Shown here: positions 18,075 to 31,584 of the stretch, piece after piece
Position numbering within the stretch: position 1 is the stretch's first letter
How the letters are laid out: every line of letters begins with the position of its first letter
Assembly: GCA_964016885.1 (NCBI GenBank)
Contig: OZ024743.1
Coordinates: 184,264,001 to 184,328,000, forward strand
Origin: Eledone cirrhosa
Taxonomy: Eukaryota
Direction: 5' to 3'
DNA length: 64,000 nucleotides
Notes under the pieces: generated by a model
Told to the model about the DNA's origin: nothing
The model's database searches: none
What the model saw: only the letters and a program-made list of their open reading frames with translations
Position numbers and translations under genes: made by a program

Positions 18075-20436
18075 TTAATTAGGTTTATAATATTTAAATG
18101 TTTTTCTTAGTTCATGATTACACGATATAATTAATTCCTGTCGTTTATTTAATAGGATATCCTTAGATTTCATTATTTCAAATAGTTCTTGGGAACATAA
18201 TCTACATTCATTTCTATTATTTTGATAAGGGGTGGCTCTTTTGAGCACACTCCAGGTCATATCATATTCTATATTCTTATTTCTATAACTATTGATTTTT
18301 TCTGCTAGAGATGTTGTATTAGCCAGTGCGGCATTTTTAAAAACTATGTTTGTGGGTATTAAACCTTACCTTAAAATTGTTAGAAGTAGCTCCTATATAT
18401 GAGCAAATAGAATCTTTAGTTTTAACATTACATTTATAAACTATGTTGTTAACAAGACAATTTCCTTTTAATGGGCAGTTTGCTTTGTTTCTACAGTTAC
18501 AACCTTTCGTTAATTCTGTATTTGAGGAGATATTATGGTTAGTTTGATGTATTGGTGGTATACTTATGGTATTCTTACATTTATATGCATTATAGGCACT
18601 TATATTTTGTTTTATGTTATTGGTTGTTGAGTATGAGAATTTAACTGTAGACCTATTTAAGATTTGATGGTATTTGTGGTTTGGCGGGAAGTTTTTCTCT
18701 AGGATATAAAAAATTTTTTAGCAATATTATCCTTAATTTGTAAATTAAATGGAGCATTATACCAAGTAACTCGTCTATTACGGTTTCTATGTTGTTTATT
18801 ATTTTTATAGGTTGTATCGTGATGTTTACTAGGAGGATTAATGTTAATGATCTCACCACGCACATTTTTAGTTAGATTTATTGATTTAGGTGTTTTATCT
18901 TGTTTATTAGGAGTTTTATTATTAACATTTATTAGAGTTGTATGATGAGTAGTTTTTTGAGAGTTACTATACTTTATATTAGAAGAGTTGTTGGTATTTT
19001 TGGGTATAGTGTGGGTGGCATTTAGGTGTGTACTTTTCATTTGGTGTTTGTTGGTAATATTAGGTTGTATGTTTATAGTATTTTTATTTTTAGTAGAAGG
19101 TATATATTCTAATCTATTTTTGTGGCCACTTCTATCTAGAGCTTCATTATAGAAGGTCGCATTTTTATCAAATACATCTTGGTTAGAAGAAAGGTTAGAA
19201 ATTCTAAGTGATATATTATATGCAAGGTTTTTAAGGATAGATTTAGGGTGATTAGATTGTGAGTGTATGTAGTGTAAGTTTTGGTTGGGTTTATGGTAAG
19301 GTTGGTAGATACCCGTAGCTAAGTCTAAAGTTATATCTAGGAAATTTACTACTTTACTTGTTTTTTCAAAAGTAATATGAAGACTATAATAGTCTTTAAG
19401 GAAAGTTCTAATATGCTTTTTGTTTTTTTCTATTTCTGAAAGGCTAAGGTTGTTGGAAAGAAGAAGACAGTCATCACGATATAAACCACCTTTAAGGTGG
19501 GGAAAGGAGGCATTTATGTTGAAAAGGAGAAAGAGGCCCACAAGATCAGTAATTTGGGCGGAATCGCTTGAACCCATAGTAATATCAAATAGATTACTAT
19601 ATGTGTTTCTGGTCCAGTATTCATTCTGAAATTCAATAAGTGTTAGTCTAGCATGTGTAATAATATTAATGTCATCCAAAGTTAAGTTAGATCTATTTTT
19701 AGCAAATATCAATGCTTTGTTCAGGAGTATAGGTGATATAGAAGAATAGTAATTATCTATATCAAATTGTAGAAATGAAGCAGAAGATTTACATCTAATA
19801 TTTTTAAACCAGTTAATTACCTGGGAAGTGTTTTCCCAGAGTGGTAAATTAACGTGTTTTCTTATTTGTGGGATGACTCTATCCAAAATTTTTTTGCTAA
19901 TTATTCCAATATCAGATTTGGAGGGACATATAAGTCTTATAGAAGGATTTGAGTTAAAGTTTGATTTATGATCCTTCAGGTTGAAGTGTGGTCTTTTCAA
20001 TGCCAAAGGTTCAGTTCTATCTTCAATGTTTAGTTTTTTTACTATGTTGTGTGTTTTGTTGTTGATGTTGGTGAGTGACGCATTATTAGATTTTTTATAA
20101 TTTTTCCTGAGTTCTTTATATATGAACTCATTATAATCTTCAATATCCATGTGATACAAGTTACCAGTTTTGTCCGAGTGGACATGGATTTTTTTAGACT
20201 TTTTTAGGTCCAATATGGTAGAATCAAGGTCCTTTTGAAAGACAGATTTATACTTCCTAAATTTGAGGTGTTTAATTAAATTAAAAAGGTCTTTCTCAAA
20301 GTCTTCAAGTAAAGAGTTGTGTGGTGGATTCTTGTAAGTATTGAAATCATACATATATTTCCTATCTGCATATTTAGATTTTTTATCGAAGTGGTAGGCC
20401 CTCCATCTAACTCTTCTGATAAATTGGTTGGTTTTT
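18075..20436 (-). pseudogene. PLE family A RT + GIY-YIG ORF with frameshifts near 18710 and 18340
   Basis: ORF 18699-20354 and 18075-18260; the segment between matches the copy 1 endonuclease. Confidence 0.88.
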
Positions 20437-20857
<421 letters not shown>

Positions 20858-20859
<2 letters not shown>

Positions 20860-21082
20860 AGCTAATATAAATTAATATATTTGATAAACACAAATACCAA
20901 CATATCCGTGTTTGTATTGTAAATGACTAAGTTATTTACAATACAAACACGGATATGTTGGTATTTGTGTTTATTAAATATATTAATTCATATTAACTTG
21001 TATTACACGGGTCAGAAATACTTCTTTCTTTGTGCTATTTCATTGTAAAGGACTGCCTGAGATTTGAACTCACTATTAATAG

Positions 21083-21083
<1 letters not shown>
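20858..21083 (+). mobile_element. Second short fold-back insertion (arms 20858-20927 / 20931-21000 plus tail), related to 4401-4690
   Basis: Inverted arms; shares GTATTGTAAATGAC and the tail with the 4401 element. Confidence 0.75.
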
Positions 21084-22590
<1,507 letters not shown>

Positions 22591-22898
22591 TATAGGTGTA
22601 AGTGCACTAAATCCCTTTCTATCACGCTCCACTCTCCTACCCATCACAGGAAGATATGTGTATGTATATTGCTTCCACCTCCTCACTGACCAGCAGCTGG
22701 CGATTGCTAAATCTGACCTTTATAAAATAACCCACACCCCAAATAACTTCTCATTCACTACCAGAAAGGGACACAGCAGTCAACCTGTTGTTGCTACCAA
22801 GATGAAAACTGCTATGAAATCCCACAATGAATTTTATACTTGAATTTTCAAGTCTCAAATTTTAACTCTTCGTATTATTAATTTTTCTTAATATTAAT

Positions 22899-22948
22899 CA
22901 ACATTTGAAAAGATGGCTTTTGCAGACCCATCGAAACCGGTCATTTTT
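22899..22948 (+). ncRNA. Minimal hammerhead ribozyme with U3-A8 core variant
   Basis: AACAT-TTGAAAA-GATGG..CCATC-GAAA-CCGG-TC-ATTTT; stem I is weak. Confidence 0.55.
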
Positions 22949-23047
22949 TATACCCTTTATTATTTCCTTACCTTATAAAATTATGTTTTTTCACAAAAAA
23001 GTATTCTGTCTCTTATATATTCCATGTGCCATTACCAACCTCAATTT

Positions 23048-23082
<35 letters not shown>

Positions 23083-23085
<3 letters not shown>

Positions 23086-23526
23086 TTCATTTGGTCTCCT
23101 AGTTAGAATTTTAGTCTACGATTTCTGCTATACCATTTACGTGGTTTTGTCTTTGCGTGCTATTGTTCTCCACGCTCCACATATGACTTATTATCTTCGT
23201 TTTTTCGTTCATTGCCAGAGAACGTCTCTATGCACCACCTAAGAGAACATTAGTCTACGACCTCTTTTATACCATAAACGTGGTTTTGTCTTTGGCGTAA
23301 TTGTTTTTCACCGCTCCTATTAATGACGTATTATTCGTTTTTTCCCGTTCTTTGCCAGCGAACATTACCACGAACCAAAGTATCGTCTTCCTGTCTTCCT
23401 CCGGTTGCAACGTTTTTTGAAATATCCAGTTCTGCGTTTACAGACTGACTTTGTTAGTTTCAGAAGATCCCGTTAAGGGTGAAAGCAGCGATTCTTTGCT
23501 TAAACTTTAATCTGTTATTTTAATAA

Positions 23527-23530
<4 letters not shown>
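23083..23530 (+). mobile_element. Solo, 5'-truncated pLTR of PLE family B
   Basis: Nearly identical to ~37901-38350 and ~41164-41612. Confidence 0.9.
23456..23506 (+). ncRNA. Hammerhead-like motif with CAGAAGA core (family B)
   Basis: AGTTT-CAGAAGA-tCCC gttaa GGGt-GAAA-GCA..TGC-TT-AAACT. Confidence 0.6.
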
Positions 23531-23599
<69 letters not shown>

Positions 23600-23667
23600 A
23601 AAATATATATATAAAAATATATATATATATATATATAAAAATGTATATATATATATAAATATATATT

Positions 23668-23703
<36 letters not shown>

Positions 23704-23722
23704 AAAGTATATATATATATAT

Positions 23723-23753
<31 letters not shown>

Positions 23754-23819
23754 TATATATATATATAAAAATATATATGTATATATATATAATATATATA
23801 TATATATATAAATATAAAT

Positions 23820-24066
23820 TGAAACAAAATGAAAACGAAATATATATATTTATGTGAAGAAAAACATAGAATATTCGAAAATATTCTGTATGTTTATAAT
23901 AAACATTTTGAAGACCTAATCGCTATAGAATAGAATACGTCACGTAATCTCAAATTGTAATACGTGACGTATTCTATTCTATAGCGATTAGGTCTTCAAA
24001 ATGTTTATTATAAACATACAGAATATTTTCGAATATTCTATGTTTTTCTTCACATAAATATATATA
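23820..24066. repeat. Fold-back insertion with ~105-bp perfect inverted arms (23841-23946 / 23961-24066) inside TA arrays
   Basis: Direct reverse-complement match. Confidence 0.9.
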
Positions 24067-24096
24067 TAAATATATATATATATAAATATATATATA

Positions 24097-24188
<92 letters not shown>

Positions 24189-24200
24189 TATATATATGTA

Positions 24201-24250
<50 letters not shown>

Positions 24251-24322
24251 AATATATATATATAAATATATATATATATAAATATATATATATAAATATA
24301 TATATATAAATATATATATATA

Positions 24323-24407
<85 letters not shown>

Positions 24408-24409
24408 GT

Positions 24410-25046
24410 ATATAGTAGAATAATCGAGAATCGGAATATCGGCCCACGAAATCACGATAAACAATATCCGATATATGTGGCAGAGGGCTCAATAATTTGG
24501 AAAAATCAGAGCTATAACTATCGTTAAAATACCAACACATGCAGCCGAAAAAGAACGACCAGGAAGATTCGGGTCACTCAAATAAACTATCAATAAATTA
24601 ATAAATTATATGAATGTAAAAAACTCACCCGGACCCGCTAGAAAGATGTTAAATCTAGCTTCTTGGGTTTCTGCAATTCCTTAATCCAATCACTATCAGC
24701 CCACATAAAAAAATATATAAGAATTCTAGAGAAGAGATGAACGAGGAAATGCTTCTTCAACGAGTATTTCGTTCCATAATACAGAGAGGACCCAAAGCCA
24801 AAAAACGCACATGGTATTCAGCAAAAGGAGGGAACACCTATATTAGCGAAAGAATTCGGTGATGTGTAAATTATGTAAGAATACAAATTATCACATATCG
24901 AATCAGAGTGCTCAACAGACATGTTAAAATAAACAAGTGCTATTCATCAGTCAATAAGATCAACAAAAAAATCATCAATAAAATTCAACTGGTCAATAGC
25001 TAAGGTCTAGAGCTAAATATAGTAGAATAATCGAGAATCGGAATAT
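24410..25046 (-). mobile_element. ~630-bp non-coding element with ~28-bp terminal direct repeat, within TA arrays
   Basis: ATATAGTAGAATAATCGAGAATCGGAATAT at both ends; minus-strand GGTGAGT donor-like motif near 24625 and CTGATGA near 24945. Confidence 0.55.
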
Positions 25047-25064
25047 ATATATATATTTATATAT

Positions 25065-25138
<74 letters not shown>

Positions 25139-25214
25139 TATATATATATAAAGATATATATATATATAAATATATATATATAAATATATAAATATATATA
25201 TAAATATATATATG

Positions 25215-25280
<66 letters not shown>

Positions 25281-25284
25281 TATA

Positions 25285-25532
25285 TCTCTTTTACTCTTTT
25301 ACCTGTTTCAGCCATCCGGCTGAGGCCATGCTGGGGCACCGCCCTTGTTGCTACACATTTTATCTCCAGCCTGTATAGGTTGGCCACTGGTGCAGGAGGG
25401 AGTTTGTTGCTGTTGCCCTTAGGTTTCCCTCGTGTCTTGCTGTGGGCTCATCCGGGATCCTGGATAACAAGGTGTCGAGATGTTTCTTAAAGACATCCAC
25501 CTCCACGTCATGCAAGTCTCTTAGATGCCTCG
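25285..25532 (-). mobile_element. CR1/L2-group LINE copy 3 (3'-terminal ~250 bp)
   Basis: Reverse complement of ~2543-2789, including the hairpin and GTAAAAGA tail. Confidence 0.92.
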
Positions 25533-27600
25533 CTTCCCTAGAACACATAGGTATCACTCAATTTTCAATAGACATACTATAAAATTAACCTACTCATCCA
25601 CCAAAAATTTAGCACAAAATATTAATAGAATAAATAATAGAAACTTAAAACCTAGCGATAATTGCATAAATAATATACAAGTTAACAAATGTAACTGTAG
25701 AGATAGATCTAAATGTCCGTTAAATAACAACTGCTTAGTTAAAAATATAATATACAACTGTAATGTTAAAACGGACTCTAATTCTTTTAACTACGTTGGT
25801 TCCACATCGACGGAATTTAAACTTCGCTATAATAACCACAAGAATTCTTTCACAGATCCAAGCAAAAAATCTTCAACAGCACTATCAGGCGTACTCTGGC
25901 AACTTAGGCAAGATAACGTTAGATATTCGACGGCTTGGAATATAGTCTCAAGAGGGATTCCTTTTAATTCATCCTCTGAGACATGTGACCTCTGCGCGGA
26001 GGAGATATTCTTTATACTAAAATCTAAAAATTCCCTTAATCTACGGACAAATTTATTCAGTTGCTGCAAACATAGATTGAACTCAACTTTTAAATATAAA
26101 TTTAAATTTAAAATGTAGTATATTTAGTTTGATTTGTAATTATTTATGAAACTAGCCGATAAATCTTTCGATTTCTTCTTTTTATTCTTCTTTTTTATTT
26201 TTATTTTAAACATTCTTCATGAAAAATTAAACTACCCTAAAAGTTGATGCTCCAAATATATCGAATAAATGTTACACTAGATAAACTTCTATATTAAATA
26301 TAAGAACATATGTAGACCAAATGGGTATCCTAAACTTTTGAAATGATTTCTGCTAGACGTGATTTGGTAAATAATTTTTAGTTTTATCTGTTTTCGACTC
26401 TGATGCTTATAATGAACTTGGCAATATATTGTCAATTAATTTTGAAGGGTTGATCTTTGTGGTCGATTTGCGTGGCATACTATGTTTTTATTTTTATTAT
26501 TTTAATATTTTTTTATATTTTTAATATTTTTATTTTTTAATATGTAATATTTTTTAGTTTTCTGTTTTATTTATTTATTATTATTTTTTGTTTTTGTTTC
26601 TGATATTTTTATTAATATATTGAAATCTGTTCTCTATTTCTGCTTGATAGATAATCATGTAGAGTAAAGACAAGAATAGTATTGTTAAAATTAATATAGA
26701 CTCTATATATATGTGTATATATACACATATATGTATACTTAAATTTTTATAGCACAATGAGAATGTTCTCCGTGTGAAATAGGAGTTTGCAGAGTTGATC
26801 ACGTAAATTCACATCGATGTTTGTAGTTATCATATAAACATATGAATTTTTAAAACTAGACATAAGATCATTACTTTTCACACATTATAGATACGTGTCT
26901 CATTCATGAATACTGATATTTACATTATAGTGCCTGTTTTTTATACGAACTAATATTTCTACATTGAAACATAGGGTTTTTAAATTCTGCCTCGCCTATG
27001 TCTGGTTACTTTTCATTTTTTCTCTCTATATAACGGCTGGTTTCTCTCCTAACCACATATATCTCCCTTACATTAATACTAGAGCTAAATAAATAAATAA
27101 ATAAATAAATGTATCATTGATACGTCATTCAACGGATTTTCTCTATATATATCTATCTCTATCTATTTCCTCTCTCTCTATATATATATCTCTGTTTCTT
27201 TACATGAAGTTCTTCTCTTTATCTATCTTTCCATCTCTCTATTTAGTTGCATGCATTTCTTCTTTTTCTTCGTTTTCTTTCTTTCTTTCCTTCTTTCTTT
27301 CTTTCTTTCTGTTTACAATTTTTCACTGCCAAATCAACTTTTCAAATACAAGTCGATGTTGAACGGTATGTCAAATCTATTTATTTATAAAACTGTCTAT
27401 ATTGTATTTTGTCTGAAGAAGGCATAACATATTGTTAATATGATATCCCTGAAATATATATAATGAAATAAATATGGTTTTATAAATATAGTTTCCATTT
27501 ATTTAATATCGTAAATATAATCCAAATACTTGCTGAGTGCTTTTATATCAGTTATAAATATTTACTAGTTGTAACCCAACAATTTAAATATAATTTTCAT
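25533..27600 (+). mobile_element. PLE family C (Naiad-like), 5'-truncated: GIY-YIG region (25533-26118) plus 1.5-kb 3' UTR
   Basis: FP..HRYHSIFNR.TIKL.YS, CNCRDRSKCPL, IIY..YVG..FKLRYNNH, CDLC.EE, CKH; HHR near the 3' end. Confidence 0.85.
27405..27470 (+). ncRNA. Type I hammerhead ribozyme (family C)
   Basis: TATTTTGT-CTGAAGA-AGG..CCCT-GAAA-TATATA-TA-ATGAAATA; AUA site. Confidence 0.72.
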
Positions 27601-27924
<324 letters not shown>

Positions 27925-28085
27925 ATAGTTAAAAGAATAGAGGTGTAACACACAAGTTATTATATATTGGTAAACGGAATAGAAAATGCTGACAAATTGT
28001 TCACAGTTGAAAAATGGTTTAATTAGGAATAAAAGAGTATTAGTGATTGTATGGGTTAGTATTCAGTTGTGGTTTTAAGTTTTAA

Positions 28086-28125
28086 GTTTTTACCGGTTGC
28101 GCATTTCTAAATGCGTTTCAAAAGT
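28086..28125 (-). ncRNA. Degenerate minimal hammerhead-like motif in pLTR (second copy at 33013-33052)
   Basis: TTGAAA(A/C)-GCATTT-AG-AAATGC-(G/A)CAA-CCGG-TA; the GAAA box is altered in both copies. Confidence 0.3.
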
Positions 28126-28428
28126 AATTTTGAGATAGAGTGTCCGTGCTGTTTGCTCTGATCTGATTAGTTTTAGGAATTCTACCTGTTTTTATGTTAA
28201 AAAACTGGCTCCAATTTGCAAAAATTATTGTGGTCAAAACAATTTTGATTGGTCGGTAGAGGTCATGTGAATGTAAAAAATTGATTTTGCGCCAAGACTG
28301 TTTTTATGTTAAAAAAGTGGCTCCAGCAAAAATTCTTGTGGTCAAAACAATTTTGATTGGTCGGTAGAGGTCATGTGAATAAAAAATTGGTTTTGCGCCA
28401 AGATTGAGAAATGACTCTTTCACAACAA

Positions 28429-28478
<50 letters not shown>

Positions 28479-28549
28479 TAGTAGTAGTAAGGTGTTCGAT
28501 GTTGTGATAATGGTTAGCAGCGATGTGTGTCAAATGGCTATTAAGATAA

Positions 28550-28626
<77 letters not shown>

Positions 28627-28775
28627 GCAGAGTAATTCGTGGTGGCAGGGATGGTCAGTAAGAATGTGTCTGAAAGCATGTCAAAAGATATTTTTCAGCT
28701 TTTGTCTTATACGGAGAAGTGCGTGTGTGTGTGTGTATATATAAGTCTCTTTGTATGTTGATGTACGCGTGTGTA

Positions 28776-28868
<93 letters not shown>

Positions 28869-29021
28869 ACCAGTATTTTTTTCCCCCTGGTAAAATGGTG
28901 TAAAATGGTGTACATTATTCGATTTTTTCAGTAAAATCGGTTCTCTTAATAGAACATCAAAAATCTTAACAATAAAAGGTGTGAAATGATATTCACTATA
29001 TATATATACACATACATATAT

Positions 29022-29089
<68 letters not shown>

Positions 29090-29229
29090 TACATATATAT
29101 ATGCACATATATTTTTTTGTGTTGCACCATAGAGCATGTGTGTTTACGTATGTCATTGTGTTTATATGTGGGTAGAGATGTGTACTGGTGTAGGTATGTA
29201 TGTTGACGTGTGTATGTTGTGGGTTCGTT

Positions 29230-31584
29230 TTAGGGAGAAGTGTTTAGATGGGGTCCGTATTTGTTAATGAAGTAAGATTCCTTGCTGATGCGCTGGGTGT
29301 GGGTGGCATTATCTTTAAATTTGTAGAGGGGAAAGATTCTGAAGTTGGGATGATTTTGGGCGGCACAGGTATCAATGTGTTCACTCAGTGGTATTTTCCT
29401 GTATTCCCGTATTTTGATTTGGGATCTATGGACAGTCATGCGTTGGCGGAGGCTGTTTTTGGTCTGGCCTATGTATTGTTCTCGACAACCTGAACAAGTT
29501 AATACATATATTAGATTTTCCGATGCACATGTGAAATTGTGTTTTACTATAAAACGTTGTCCATCTTTGAAATAGAATTCCGAACCCTCTATTAGGTTGA
29601 TGCAAATGCCACAGTTGGGTCTATCGCATTTTTTTACTGTGGGTTTCGTTGTTGTGGTTGGCAGTACTTTGGCATGTGTTAAGATGTTTTTCATTGACTT
29701 GGATTGTCTTTTGCTCTTTATGATATCATGTGTTCGTAGAATTTGGTTCATTCTATGGTCCTTTTTCAATACAGGGATGTTCTGGAGGATGGTGTCAAAG
29801 GCCTCATTGTTGAGGGGGTTGTGTGTGGAGATGTATGGAAGAGCTTTTAGTTTTGGTTGATTTACTTTAGGGTGTCTAAGGTCCTGGGTACTGAGTTTTA
29901 GGGCACGTTGGATTCCATTGTCAATTAGTGATGCAGGGTAGTCCCTGCCTATGAGTGTGTCCTTTAGTTCTTGTAGCCGTAAGTAGCAGATGTTTGTATT
30001 GGAGACTATAGTACAGATTCTCTTGGCTAAGTTGTAGGGAATATTAATTTTAACGTGTCTAGGGTGGCAAGAGTTGAAGGGGAGATATTGCTTGGAGTCT
30101 GTGGGCTTGTAGTATATGTCTGTTTCTATTTTTTTGTTATGGATCTTAATGAGGATGTCGAGGAAGGGGAGTTGTTGATGGCTGTATTCCATCGTGAAGT
30201 TAATATTTGTGTTGAGCCCATTTATAAGGGTGTGAAATTCTTTAAGTTTTTCGATGTTTTCGTGCCAAAGGATGAAGCAGTTATCTAGATATCGCTTCCA
30301 GTTCCTTTCAATGTGTAAGTGGAGGGTGTTTCCAAATTTGTTTAGGACTTTAGTGTAGAGGGTGATTTCCAGGTATCCCATGACTAGGTTGGCATAAGTG
30401 GGGGCTGTTTTCGTTCCCATAGCGGTCCCAGATTTCTGCCTGTAGGGTTTGTTATTGAAAACGAAGTAATTGTTCTCCAAGATAAATTTGAGTCCCTCTA
30501 TCACGAATTCTTTTTTGATGCGTTGTGGGAGTTCATTGTGGAAATTGTCCAGCCAGAATTGGATAGCTTCTATTCCTAGGTTGTGGGGGATGTTGGAGTA
30601 TAGGTTGGCTACATCGAACGTCACTAGTAGGGTTTGTTCAGAAAGTGGCATATTAGGGAGGTGATTGAGCATATCTAGGTCGTCCCTTATATAGCTTTTG
30701 ATGTGCTTGAGGAAGGGTTTGAGAAGGGTATCAATGAAGTTGCTAAGACGGTGCGTTTCGCAAGCGGGGCCTGCTATTATAGGTCTTAATTTGAGATCAT
30801 TGGGTGAGGGGACATTGATGACTATGTCTGTGGCTTCCTTGCATGCCTTACTTATTGATTCGCTTTTATGTACTTTAGGGATACCGTAGAAAAGGCTGGA
30901 TTTACTTGTGAAGTCTGTGATGAAGCTGAATTCCTTGTTAGTGAGTCCTTCTTTGTATTGGTTGATTAGAGTTTTTAGGTTTCTCATAATTTTCTGTTGA
31001 TTGTAGTGTTCAGCCTTTTCGTAGTATGTTTCGTTTTCCAAAGTGGAGAGCGCTAAGTTGATATAGAATTCTGTCTCCATTAGGACTACTGTACTCCCTT
31101 TATCAGCCTCTTTAATTGTAATGGTTCTGTCGGTTTTTAATCTATTTAATTCTTCCCATTCTTTCTTGTTGAGGTTTGGCTTGTGTTTTTGTCTGTGCAA
31201 GTGTTGGTAAGGGAAGTTTGTGATGTGTTCACAGAATTCGTCCAGGATTTTATTTCTACCTTTTGAAGGGGTGTAATTGCTTCTATTTCTGGCTAATGAT
31301 TCATCCTCATTGTACTGGTCGAATAGTTGTTCACTAAGTCGTAACTTTCTACAGAAGTCTGTGATGTCTTCCTTCATTTCATAGTAGTTAGGACGTAGTG
31401 GGGTCGGTGTGAATTTAAGACCTTTGGAGAGTAAGTTGATAAGGTTGGGTGTTGGTTCTGCACTAGTAAGATTGATAATTTTTATTACTATCGGTTTCTC
31501 CTCCCTGTCTTGTGTTATTTTGTTTGCCTGTATCTGTGTGCTGTGTCTAAAAAATGGTTGGGGTAGGGGGGTTGTCTGCTGATG
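29230..31584 (-). CDS. PLE ORF2: RT + Cys finger + GIY-YIG endonuclease; frame open from 31584, first ATG only at 31377
   Basis: INLT..LLSKGLKFTPTP lies upstream of the ATG; ADKG, LRPIIAG, DVANLYSNI, GTAMG, YLDN, LPFLDI, LIY..C..C..QYIGQT. Confidence 0.9.
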   Translation of the reverse strand, partial: HQQTTPLPQPFFRHSTQIQANKITQDREEKPIVIKIINLTSAEPTPNLINLLSKGLKFTPTPLRPNYYEMKEDITDFCRKLRLSEQLFDQYNEDESLARNRSNYTPSKGRNKILDEFCEHITNFPYQHLHRQKHKPNLNKKEWEELNRLKTDRTITIKEADKGSTVVLMETEFYINLALSTLENETYYEKAEHYNQQKIMRNLKTLINQYKEGLTNKEFSFITDFTSKSSLFYGIPKVHKSESISKACKEATDIVINVPSPNDLKLRPIIAGPACETHRLSNFIDTLLKPFLKHIKSYIRDDLDMLNHLPNMPLSEQTLLVTFDVANLYSNIPHNLGIEAIQFWLDNFHNELPQRIKKEFVIEGLKFILENNYFVFNNKPYRQKSGTAMGTKTAPTYANLVMGYLEITLYTKVLNKFGNTLHLHIERNWKRYLDNCFILWHENIEKLKEFHTLINGLNTNINFTMEYSHQQLPFLDILIKIHNKKIETDIYYKPTDSKQYLPFNSCHPRHVKINIPYNLAKRICTIVSNTNICYLRLQELKDTLIGRDYPASLIDNGIQRALKLSTQDLRHPKVNQPKLKALPYISTHNPLNNEAFDTILQNIPVLKKDHRMNQILRTHDIIKSKRQSKSMKNILTHAKVLPTTTTKPTVKKCDRPNCGICINLIEGSEFYFKDGQRFIVKHNFTCASENLIYVLTCSGCREQYIGQTKNSLRQRMTVHRSQIKIREYRKIPLSEHIDTCAAQNHPNFRIFPLYKFKDNATHTQRISKESYFINKYGPHLNTSP

